Position numbers and translations under genes: made by a program
Notes under the pieces: generated by a model
Told to the model about the DNA's origin: nothing
Seen by the model: the letters and a program-made list of their open reading frames with translations, nothing else
The model's database searches: none
NCBI GenBank assembly: GCA_023150875.1
Contig: JAKLKC010000004.1
Coordinates: forward strand, 15,993 to 79,992
Origin: Myxococcota bacterium
GTDB taxonomy: Bacteria; Myxococcota_A; UBA796; UBA9615; JAKLKC01
DNA length: 64,000 bases
Direction: 5' to 3'
Shown: piece after piece, positions 31,215-39,300 of the stretch
How positions within the stretch are numbered: position 1 is the first letter of the stretch
How the letters are laid out: each line of letters opens with the position of its first letter

Positions 31215-32573
31215 ATGCACCTTCAGTCCCAGCAGGCGGACTTCCTGCGCCGCCTGCTCAAGCATGGACCCGGTCCGCACGTCCAGAGGGCGCTCCGGAA
31301 GTTCCATCCCGCCGAGCTGGCGGAGCTGCTCACCGAGCTGCCCGTCCCCGATCGGCGGCGGATGGTCGACGCCCTCGCCGAGGCGCGCCTGGCCTCCCAG
31401 ACGTTGCGGGAGCTGCCCGAGGGCCTGCTCGCCTCCGTCCTCGCCGACCTGAGCACCCAGCGGCTCGGGACGGTCCTGGCGCGCCTCGCCCGGGACGACG
31501 CCGGCTACTTCCTCCAGCTCCTGGACGCGGACCGCCGCGAGGAGGTCCTGGCCCTGCTGCCCCAGGACAAGCTCGCGGCGGTGCGCCGGTTCCTGGAGTG
31601 GCCCGAGGGCTCCGCGGCGCGCCTCGCCACCGACCGCTACCTCACGGTGTCCATCGACTCCACCATCGGCGAGGCCATCGAGGGGCTGCGCCAGAGCGGC
31701 GACCGGGCCGACCACTCCCTGTTCTACCTGTACGTCGTCGACGGAATGAACCGCCTGCACGGGGTCCTGCCCCTGCGCCCCCTGCTCACCCGCGAGCCCG
31801 GCACCAGGGTGCGGGACGTGATGCGCGAGGACCCGGTGCGGGTCCGGGCCGACGCCACCGAGGAGGAGGCCGCGGAGGTCCTGACGGACTACGAGCTGCT
31901 GGCGGTGCCGGTGGTGGACGCCGACGACCGCCTCCTGGGGGTGATCACCGTCGACGACGTGATCGACGTCATCGCCGAGGACGCCGCCGAGGACGTGGTG
32001 CGTCTCGCGGGCGTCGGCGAGGGGGATCGGCCCCTCGGCAAGGTGCGGGAGTCGGTGCGCCGCCGCCTCCCCTGGATGATGGTCAACCTCGGCACCGCGT
32101 TCCTGGCGGCCTCGGTGGTGGCCCTCTTCGAGGGGTCCATCGCCCGGGTGGCGGTGCTCGCCAGCTTCATGCCCGTCGTCGCCGGCCTGGGGGGGAACAC
32201 CGGCACCCAGAGCCTCGCCGTGATGACCCGGGGCCTGGCCCTGGGCGAGGTCCCCGCCCAGGAGGCCCGCAAGGCGGTGCTGAAGGAGGTGGGCGTCGGC
32301 GTCTCCATGGGCCTGACGGTGGGCACCTTCACCGCCCTCATCGCCTGGCTGTGGAAGGGCAACCCCTGGCTCGGGGGGGTGCTGATGCTGGCGATGGTCA
32401 CGAACCTGACCATGGCGGGCCTCGCGGGGGCCGCGATCCCACTACTGGTGCGCTCCCTGGGGGGCGATCCCGCGGTGGGAGGCGGCGTCCTGCTCACCGC
32501 GGTCACCGACATCTTCGGCTTCCTGGCCTTCCTGGGCCTCGCCACGGTGTTCCTTCCCCGCCTTCTGGGGTGA
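31215..32573 (+). CDS. mgtE: Magnesium transporter MgtE
   Basis: HPAELA N-domain, CBS pair (YLYVVD, LLAVPVVD, GVITVDD), RRLPW, GGNTGTQS, DPA, TAVTD. Confidence 0.97.
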   Translation: MHLQSQQADFLRRLLKHGPGPHVQRALRKFHPAELAELLTELPVPDRRRMVDALAEARLASQTLRELPEGLLASVLADLSTQRLGTVLARLARDDAGYFLQLLDADRREEVLALLPQDKLAAVRRFLEWPEGSAARLATDRYLTVSIDSTIGEAIEGLRQSGDRADHSLFYLYVVDGMNRLHGVLPLRPLLTREPGTRVRDVMREDPVRVRADATEEEAAEVLTDYELLAVPVVDADDRLLGVITVDDVIDVIAEDAAEDVVRLAGVGEGDRPLGKVRESVRRRLPWMMVNLGTAFLAASVVALFEGSIARVAVLASFMPVVAGLGGNTGTQSLAVMTRGLALGEVPAQEARKAVLKEVGVGVSMGLTVGTFTALIAWLWKGNPWLGGVLMLAMVTNLTMAGLAGAAIPLLVRSLGGDPAVGGGVLLTAVTDIFGFLAFLGLATVFLPRLLG

Positions 32574-32636
32574 CGAGGGGGCCCCCGCGGACGTAACCTG
32601 GACGACGTGCCCTCCGCGCCCCCGGGAGCCGAACCG

Positions 32637-33074
32637 ATGAAGTCCGCCCGCCTGATCGCCGCCTTCTCCCTCCTCGTCGCCGCCCCCGCCGCCGGGGCGG
32701 AGCGGGAGGACGCCAACTTCGACAAGACCGTGGACGGGGTGAAGGTCCAGGTGGGCCAGGGCGCCGCGGTGCCCGCCACCTTCCCCAAGGACGTCCCCGT
32801 CTACCCCGAGGCCAAGGTCCTCACCTCCGTCGCCAAGCCCAAGGGGGAGAAGACCGCCCACGTCCTGTCGCTGGAGACCTCCGATTCTCCGAGCAAGATC
32901 GTGGGCTTCTACCGCGACAAGCTCGAGGGTCGCTTCCGGGTCGAGAGGGAGCTGGACACCGGCAACGGCTACATGATGGTGATGAGCAGCGAGGACCGGT
33001 CCCGGATCGTCACCGTCACCGCCACCAGCACCGGCAAGCAGACCATGGTGCAGCTCGTGGTGGGTTCCAAGTAG
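32637..33074 (+). CDS. Exported hypothetical protein
   Basis: Signal peptide ending AGA; PATFPKDVPVYPEAKV, IVGFYRDKL. Confidence 0.75.
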   Translation: MKSARLIAAFSLLVAAPAAGAEREDANFDKTVDGVKVQVGQGAAVPATFPKDVPVYPEAKVLTSVAKPKGEKTAHVLSLETSDSPSKIVGFYRDKLEGRFRVERELDTGNGYMMVMSSEDRSRIVTVTATSTGKQTMVQLVVGSK

Positions 33075-33134
33075 GTCCCGCGCCCCGCGGCTCCGATGGG
33101 GACGGCGCGGAGCGGAGGCGGTATCCTCCACCGG

Positions 33135-35048
33135 ATGCCTGCCGCCCCCTCCACCGCCCCCGCCGCCGCGCCCCCCCGGGGACGCGGAACGGCGCCCCGC
33201 TTCGTCCTGTACGTCTTCGCGTGCGAGCTGTTCCTCGCGGTGGTGCCAGCGGCGAACGCCGTGGGCGCGGGGGGGATGGCGGGGCCCGTCCTGTCCAGCC
33301 TCGCCCTCTACGGCGGCCTCGCGGCGCTGCTCGCCTTCGGCGTGTCCCGGATCCCGGCCCTGGACGCCCACCCCCGGGCGGTGGCCTGGGGGCTGGCCCT
33401 GGCCCTCTTCTTCTTCAGCGTGTGGGCGGGCCGTCCGGCGCTGGCGGCGGGGACGGTGTCCCTGGTGGCCGTGGGCCTGACCCTGGCGGGGGCGCGGATG
33501 GCGCGCCGTCCCTCCCGGCTGCGCCTGGTCCTCCGCTCCGTGCTGGTGCTGGCCCTCGCCCTCGCTCTGGGCCGGGTGGTGCTGCCCCCCCGGGGGGGCG
33601 CCGCCCCCACGGCGGAGCCCCGTCCGGGGGCCCCCTCGGTGCTGCTGGTGGTGGTGGACACCCTGCGGGCGGACGCCCTCTCCTCCTACGGCCAGGCCCA
33701 GCCCACCTCTCCCCACGTCGACCGCCTCGCCCGGGAGGGGGTCCGGTTCGAGCGGGCCTACGGCAACGCGATCTGGACGCTGCCGGGACACGCCAGCCTG
33801 TTCACCGGGCTGTGGCCCAGCGTGCACGGGGCCCACAACGAGCACTGGAGCCTGGACGAGGGGCCCCCCTCCCTCGCCGAGCGGATGGGGGCCGGGGGCT
33901 GGGAGACCGTCGCCTTCGCCGGCAACGCCCTGCTCTCACCGGGCACCGGGCTCACCCGGGGCTTCGGCCACGTGCACGCCTCGTGGCGGGGGGCGGTGAT
34001 CGAGGAGTGCTTCGTCCTGCGCAAGGCCGGGGTCCGCCTGATGGGCCTGGACCAGGACAAGGGGGCCGCGGAGACGGTGGGGGCCTTCGGGGAGTGGCTG
34101 GCGCGCCGGGACGCCTCTCGTCCCTACTTCGCCTTCGTGAACCTCATGGAGGCCCACGCCCCCTACCACCAGGTGCCCCGGCGCTTCCTGGAGCGGTTCG
34201 TCCCCCGGGACGTCTCCGAGCGGCACCTCCGGGACCTGAGCATGGGCCTGCTCCGTCACCACATGATCGGCGCGCCCCTGCCCGAGGATCCGAGACTCCG
34301 GGAGCTGTCGTGGGCGATGTACCTGGCCGGAGTCGCCGCCGCCGACGAGGCGGTGGGGCGCCTCGCCGACCTGCTCCGGGAGCGGGGGGAGCTGGACCGG
34401 ACGGTGGTGATCGTCACCTCGGACCACGGCGAGCTGTTCGACGAGCGGGGCCTCTGGGGCCACCAGACGGGGCTCCTGGAGGGGGTGTTGCGGATCCCCT
34501 TCGTGGTCCGCTGGCCCGGGGCGGTGCCGGGGGGGCGGACGCTCCCGGGTCCCATCCAGCAGGTGGACCTGGTGCCGACCCTGCTGGACCTGGTGGGGCG
34601 CCCCGATCTGGCCCCCTCCGACCTGCCGGGGCGCAGCTTCGCCGAGGCGCTGCGGGGGGGGGCCGCGGTGGAGCCGGGCCCCGCCATCGCCGAGCACTTC
34701 ACCCCCTTCATGCTGCTCTCCGGCGCCGCCGAGGAGAACCTGCGGGGGGAGCTCCCTTACGCCCGGGTGCGAAGGCGGGCGGTGGTGCGGGGGGACCTCA
34801 AGTACACCCTGGACTCCCGGGGCCTGGAGGCGCTGGCGGATCTCTCCGCGGACCCCCGCGAGGCCGAGGACCTCTCCCCGCGCCGCCCCGACGCCGTGGA
34901 CGCGGGCCGCCGGGACCTGGCCGACTGGGTGGAGCGGGGCGCGGGCCGCGACTGGGAGGGGATGCCCGTCCCCGCCCCCGAGCACGTCGGCCCCGACCTG
35001 GATCCCGCCACCCGGGAGCACCTGCGGGCCCTGGGCTACGCCAACTGA
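33135..35048 (+). CDS. Membrane-anchored sulfatase-like hydrolase/transferase (alkaline phosphatase superfamily)
   Basis: About five N-terminal TMs; VVDTLRAD, WTLPGHASLFTG, EAHAPY, TSDHGE, WGH, C-terminal LRALGY. Confidence 0.9.
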   Translation: MPAAPSTAPAAAPPRGRGTAPRFVLYVFACELFLAVVPAANAVGAGGMAGPVLSSLALYGGLAALLAFGVSRIPALDAHPRAVAWGLALALFFFSVWAGRPALAAGTVSLVAVGLTLAGARMARRPSRLRLVLRSVLVLALALALGRVVLPPRGGAAPTAEPRPGAPSVLLVVVDTLRADALSSYGQAQPTSPHVDRLAREGVRFERAYGNAIWTLPGHASLFTGLWPSVHGAHNEHWSLDEGPPSLAERMGAGGWETVAFAGNALLSPGTGLTRGFGHVHASWRGAVIEECFVLRKAGVRLMGLDQDKGAAETVGAFGEWLARRDASRPYFAFVNLMEAHAPYHQVPRRFLERFVPRDVSERHLRDLSMGLLRHHMIGAPLPEDPRLRELSWAMYLAGVAAADEAVGRLADLLRERGELDRTVVIVTSDHGELFDERGLWGHQTGLLEGVLRIPFVVRWPGAVPGGRTLPGPIQQVDLVPTLLDLVGRPDLAPSDLPGRSFAEALRGGAAVEPGPAIAEHFTPFMLLSGAAEENLRGELPYARVRRRAVVRGDLKYTLDSRGLEALADLSADPREAEDLSPRRPDAVDAGRRDLADWVERGAGRDWEGMPVPAPEHVGPDLDPATREHLRALGYAN

Positions 35049-35090
35049 GCCGGGTCGTCGCCCCCCGCGCCTCCGGGGGCGGCCGCCCCG

Positions 35091-37448
35091 TCAGCCCCGG
35101 ACCTGGACCTGCCAGTCGGCGGGCAGCAGCTCCAGCGCGCGGCGCTCGGCGAAGCGACGGCACAGCAGCACCACCGTCGCCCGGTCCTCCGGCCCGCGGA
35201 TCACCCTCCCGGCGGCCTGCACCACCCGGCTCATGCCGGGGTAGAGGTAGGCGTACTCGAAGCCTCGGCCGAAGCGGCCCTGGAGGTGCTCCCGGAGCAG
35301 CTCCCGCTCGACTCCGTAGCGCGGCAGGGCCGGGGAGACGACCACGACCCCTCCGATCCGCGCCCCGGGCAGGTCGATCCCCTCGGCGAAGATCCCCCCC
35401 AGCACCCCCAGCAGGACGGGCCCGGGAGCGTCGGGAGCCGACAGCCGGTCCAGGAGGGCCGTCCTCTCGCCATCGTCCATGCGGGGCCCCTGGCGGAGCA
35501 CGGCGCGGCCGGCGGCCCCAACGTGGGGGGCCACCAGGTCGCGGTACTCGAAGCTCGGGAAGTACACGAGCCAAGCCCGGGGATCCAGGCCCAGCGCGTC
35601 GTCGATGGCGGCGCCCACGGCGGGGGCGGTGCGGGTCCGGTCCCGGTAGAGGGTGCTGACGTCGCCGCGGACGATCACGCGCCGGTTCTCCGGGGGGAAG
35701 GGCGAGGGGTGCCGGGCCTCGTCGGTGACTTCCTCGGGGAGCCCCAGCACCCGCCGGTAGTAGTCCATGGGCTCCAGGGTGGCGGAGAGGAGCACGGCGG
35801 CGCGGTAGCCGGCGATCCGGGCGCCGGCGGCGGAGGGGTCGACGCAGAGCACCTTCAGCCACCGCCCCTGCCGCCCCCGGCCGAAGAGGTGGCGGAAGGA
35901 CGCGGGGTCCATGGCCAGGGTGTCGGCGAAGCGCCGGACCTCCCGGTACAGCGCCAGCACCCGGTCGCCGTCGGGGAGGGCGGTGGCGGGGCGCAGGCGC
36001 AGGTACAGGTCGCGGTCGGCCAGCACCTCCTCGAAACCCTGGCGGAGGGACTCGAACCGGTCCCGGGCCAGCTCGACGGGGAAGGGCCCCTCGCCCCGGG
36101 GAGGCGCGAGCCGGTCCCACTCCTCGACTTCGTCCTGGAGCTCGTCGAAGAGGCGCAGCAGGGGAGAGGGCGCCCCCGCGAGGCCCGAGAGGGCGGCCTC
36201 CCGGGCGGCGGCGATGGCGTCCTCGCGGATCTCCGGGGACAGGCCGTCCATGATCCGCTCGGGGAGCTGGTGGGCCTCGTCCACCACCAGGACGCGGTCC
36301 CCCGGGTCCGGGTCCGCGAACCGACGCAGGGCGACCCGCCCGTCGAACACGTAGTTGTAGTCGCACACCACCACGTCCACCCGGTCGGCGGCCTCCAGGG
36401 TCAGCTCGAAGGGGCAGACCTGGGCGTGGAGGGCGGCCTCCAGGAGGTCGTCGGGGGTGGCGGGCCCCCGGGCGAGGAGGGGGGGGAGAGGTTCCACGCG
36501 GAACATCTTCCCGTAGTGGTCCCGGGCGAACTCGCAGCAGTTGGCGCGGCAGAGCACCCGCGGCTGGGGGCAGATCCTCTCCTTGCTGCGGATCCCCACG
36601 GCCCGCAGCTCGGGCACCTTCCCGTGGAGGCGGGCCAGGTGCTCCAGGACGCCGGCCTGCTGGGGGTTGCGGGCGGTGAGCCAGTCGATCCTCAGCCCCA
36701 GGTCGAAGGCGGCGCGCAGGGCCCCGTGGAGGGTGGCGGCGGTCTTGCCCGCGCCGGTGGGGGCGGAGAGCAGCAGGCGCCTTCCCCCCCGCACCGCCGC
36801 CTCGACCCCCTCGGCGATCTCCCGCTGGCCGACGCGGAACTCCGCGTGGACGAAGGGGAAATCGGGCACCCGCCCGCGGGCGGACGCCCTCCGGGCGACT
36901 TCGGCCGCCCGCTCCCTCACCAGGCGCCCCAGCACGGCCCGGAGCCAGCCCAGCGTCTCCTCGGGGGCGGCGGCGACGGGGAGGGTGCGGACGCCGCCGT
37001 CCACGGCGCCTACGAGCACCAGCCTCCCCGCGACCGGGGACTCGCCCGAGGCGCCGAGGAAGTGCAGGTAGAGCAGGAGCTGCCGGCGGTACCTCGGCAG
37101 GTGCTCGGCCACGAGCCGCTCCAGTGCCTCCCGGGGGAGGGCGACGGACTTGACCTCCTCCACCACCAGGGTCCCGTCCCCCCGGCGCGAGAGCCCGTCG
37201 ATGCGCCCCAGCACGACGCAGGCCCACCCCTCCACCTCGACCACGAGGCGGACGGCGACCTCCGCCCGGAACCCCTCGTCCTCGCCCCGGCGCTGGTCCT
37301 GGTAGCGCGCGTGGACCTCACACCCCTCCCGGAGGCGGGCGCGGGCGGCGACTCCTTCGGACAGGTCCCCCTCGGTGCGCCCGATCTCCAGCAGCTCGGA
37401 GATCCCGACGGTGAGGGTGCGGGCGTCGTCGTCGTAGCGTACGGGCAT
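35091..37448 (-). CDS. XPD/Rad3/DinG-family Fe-S DNA helicase with N-terminal PD-(D/E)XK nuclease domain
   Basis: H..Q, GRIDGL..VEEVKS..QLLLY nuclease motifs; FRVGQ, APTGAGKT, Fe-S cysteines ICP..C..CC..VCPFE, DEAH, SATL, EGID, QAAGRVIR. Confidence 0.92.
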   Translation of the reverse strand: MPVRYDDDARTLTVGISELLEIGRTEGDLSEGVAARARLREGCEVHARYQDQRRGEDEGFRAEVAVRLVVEVEGWACVVLGRIDGLSRRGDGTLVVEEVKSVALPREALERLVAEHLPRYRRQLLLYLHFLGASGESPVAGRLVLVGAVDGGVRTLPVAAAPEETLGWLRAVLGRLVRERAAEVARRASARGRVPDFPFVHAEFRVGQREIAEGVEAAVRGGRRLLLSAPTGAGKTAATLHGALRAAFDLGLRIDWLTARNPQQAGVLEHLARLHGKVPELRAVGIRSKERICPQPRVLCRANCCEFARDHYGKMFRVEPLPPLLARGPATPDDLLEAALHAQVCPFELTLEAADRVDVVVCDYNYVFDGRVALRRFADPDPGDRVLVVDEAHQLPERIMDGLSPEIREDAIAAAREAALSGLAGAPSPLLRLFDELQDEVEEWDRLAPPRGEGPFPVELARDRFESLRQGFEEVLADRDLYLRLRPATALPDGDRVLALYREVRRFADTLAMDPASFRHLFGRGRQGRWLKVLCVDPSAAGARIAGYRAAVLLSATLEPMDYYRRVLGLPEEVTDEARHPSPFPPENRRVIVRGDVSTLYRDRTRTAPAVGAAIDDALGLDPRAWLVYFPSFEYRDLVAPHVGAAGRAVLRQGPRMDDGERTALLDRLSAPDAPGPVLLGVLGGIFAEGIDLPGARIGGVVVVSPALPRYGVERELLREHLQGRFGRGFEYAYLYPGMSRVVQAAGRVIRGPEDRATVVLLCRRFAERRALELLPADWQVQVRG

Positions 37449-37591
37449 GGCGGCACGGTAGTGCCCCGCGCCCCGGGAGGGAACCCGTGCCGGGCCCGGC
37501 AGTCCCGGGGAGGAGACCCCGACGCCCCTCGGTTGTGTCGGGGACGCCGTCGTGGTAGCCGTAGGCACGCTCGACTCCCAGGGAGGACCCC

Positions 37592-38320
37592 ATGCCCGGC
37601 AAGACGGCCCGGACCCCGTTCCTGACGACCATCCCGATGCTCCTGCTGGCGGCGGCCTGTGGCGGAGGCGAGCCCCCCGTCCTGACCCGGGGCCCCGAGG
37701 CGCCGCCGGAGCCCGCGTCGCCGGCGGAGACGCTCGCCCCGGCCCTTCCCGCCCCCGCCGTGGTGCCGCCCCTGCCCAGCGGCGTGGGGATCTATCCCAA
37801 GGCCCGCACCCCCCGGGAGGTCGCCCCGGGGGTGACCCTCTCCCTGCCCTCCCGGTGGCAGAAGTCCCCGATCCCCGGCGAGAAGCCCAAGGGGACCCTC
37901 CACGAGCAGTGGGGGGGCCCGAAGCCCAAGGAGGACGGCCCGGGGGGGATGGTGGTGATGACCTTCGAGTCGTTCGAGGTCCCCGATCCGGTGGACTTCA
38001 TCACCGCCTCGGCCGCGGCGGTGCCCGAGGGCGCCCCGCCGTACCGCGCCCGGAACCCCGCCGGCTGCCGCGTCTTCCCCGACGCGGCCACGGCCTGCTT
38101 CCTCTCCCTGGTGGCCCCCGACGGCGCGGCGGTGGAGCGGACGATGGTCTTCCGCGGCCAGCAGGTGGTCCAGATCGACCTGATGTCCCCCCCGGAGCTG
38201 GGAGAGCCGATGTGGCCGGAGCTGGCGGCCGTGGCCCGCACGGTGGACGTGAAGCCGGCGCCGTCCGCCCCGGGGCCTCCCTCCGCCGAGCCCGCGGGGG
38301 ACCCGCCCGCCTCGCCCTGA
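37592..38320 (+). CDS. Hypothetical Pro-rich lipoprotein
   Basis: Lipobox LAAAC; GGAGG upstream of the start. Confidence 0.7.
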   Translation: MPGKTARTPFLTTIPMLLLAAACGGGEPPVLTRGPEAPPEPASPAETLAPALPAPAVVPPLPSGVGIYPKARTPREVAPGVTLSLPSRWQKSPIPGEKPKGTLHEQWGGPKPKEDGPGGMVVMTFESFEVPDPVDFITASAAAVPEGAPPYRARNPAGCRVFPDAATACFLSLVAPDGAAVERTMVFRGQQVVQIDLMSPPELGEPMWPELAAVARTVDVKPAPSAPGPPSAEPAGDPPASP

Positions 38321-38387
38321 CCCGCCCCCAGCCGCATCCTTCGTGGCCCCGAAGCCACACTCCCGCGCCGGGGCCGATACAAACCGG

Positions 38388-38416
38388 TTGCGCGCCCTCC
38401 CCCCCTGCATTATCTT
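38388..38416 (+). promoter_or_regulatory. Putative sigma70 promoter of the tRNA-Pro/tRNA-Arg pair
   Basis: TTGCGC-N17-TATCTT. Confidence 0.55.
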
Positions 38417-38464
38417 CCGCCTCGGCTCTTGGGGGGAGCGGAACCACTCCGCCCCACCCCTCCG

Positions 38465-38543
<79 letters not shown>

Positions 38544-38580
38544 GGACCCTCCCCCCCAGCCGCGAGCCGGGCCGGTCGCT

Positions 38581-38657
38581 GCGCCAGTAGCTCAGACGGA
38601 TAGAGCAGCGGCCTTCTAAGCCGCGGGTCAGGGGTTCGAATCCTCTCTGGCGCGCCA
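38581..38657 (+). tRNA. tRNA-Arg(TCT)
   Basis: Anticodon arm GCGGC-CT-TCT-AA-GCCGC; CCA end. Confidence 0.98.
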
Positions 38658-38666
38658 ACAACAGGG

Positions 38667-38696
38667 TTGACTGCCCGGCCCCAAGTGGCTAGAACT
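38667..38696 (+). promoter_or_regulatory. Putative sigma70 promoter of the tRNA-Arg/tRNA-Lys pair
   Basis: TTGACT-N17-TAGAAC. Confidence 0.5.
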
Positions 38697-38751
38697 ATCC
38701 GCCGCGGCGGCGCGGGCCACCCGCCCACTCACCCCGCCGGGATTTTCAACT

Positions 38752-38828
<77 letters not shown>

Positions 38829-38877
38829 CCCCACTCCCCGGTCGCAGCCCGGGCAACGGGACGAATACAGCTTCCAA

Positions 38878-38953
38878 GGGCCCATAGCTCAACTGGCAGA
38901 GCAGCGGACTCTTAATCCGCGTGTTGGAGGTTCGATTCCTCCTGGGCTCACCA
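38878..38953 (+). tRNA. tRNA-Lys(CTT)
   Basis: Anticodon arm GCGGA-CT-CTT-AA-TCCGC; CCA end. Confidence 0.98.
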
Positions 38954-39004
38954 CTCGGTCCGAAGGCCCGCTCCTCCATTGGGGGAGCGGGCCTTCGGCG
39001 TTCT
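38945..39004 (+). repeat. Direct repeat copy 1 (attL-like): tRNA-Lys 3' end plus hairpin
   Basis: GGCTCACCACTCGGTCCGAAGGCCCGC..GCGGGCCTTCGGCGTTCT recurs at 41247-41298. Confidence 0.9.
38960..38998 (+). terminator. Hairpin after tRNA-Lys, probable terminator
   Basis: CCGAAGGCCCGCTCCTCC-ATT-GGGGGAGCGGGCCTTCGG followed by CGTTCT. Confidence 0.65.
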
Positions 39005-39208
39005 GGGGGTCGGGCAACGTCACCGGAATTGCTTGGATTCACGGGGGATCCGAGTTCGATTCCTCGTGACCCGCGGGACGCGAGGTGGTACCACCGCCCG
39101 GACCCGGTCGAGCTCGGCGAGGGCGACCGGGGGCCGGGGGCCGGGGAGGCGGTACCGCCGCTGTCCAGGGCCAGCCGATGTCCGGTCACGGACGGGCCGG
39201 ATCGACGG

Positions 39209-39286
39209 TTGTGCGGCGACGAGTTTGCGGGTAGTTTGCAACGACCCTCCACTGTGGAGGGTTCGCGCAAACAGTCGGCAAACTCG
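39209..39286 (+). promoter_or_regulatory. Promoter overlapped by a 67-bp nested palindrome (probable operator)
   Basis: TTGTGC-N17-TAGTTT; CGAGTTTGC/GCAAACTCG, GTTTGC/GCAAAC and CCCTCCA/TGGAGGG are all symmetric about 39253. Confidence 0.7.
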
Positions 39287-39300
39287 GAAGGTGACAAGCG

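Noticed and set aside
39039..39069. GTTCGATTCC inside a 12-bp hairpin as an additional tRNA
   Set aside because: No D-arm, anticodon arm or CCA end; it is only a hairpin.
39220..39286. Palindrome as an integron attC site
   Set aside because: It lacks the RYYYAAC/GTTRRRY ends, lies upstream of the gene over a promoter, and there is no intI.
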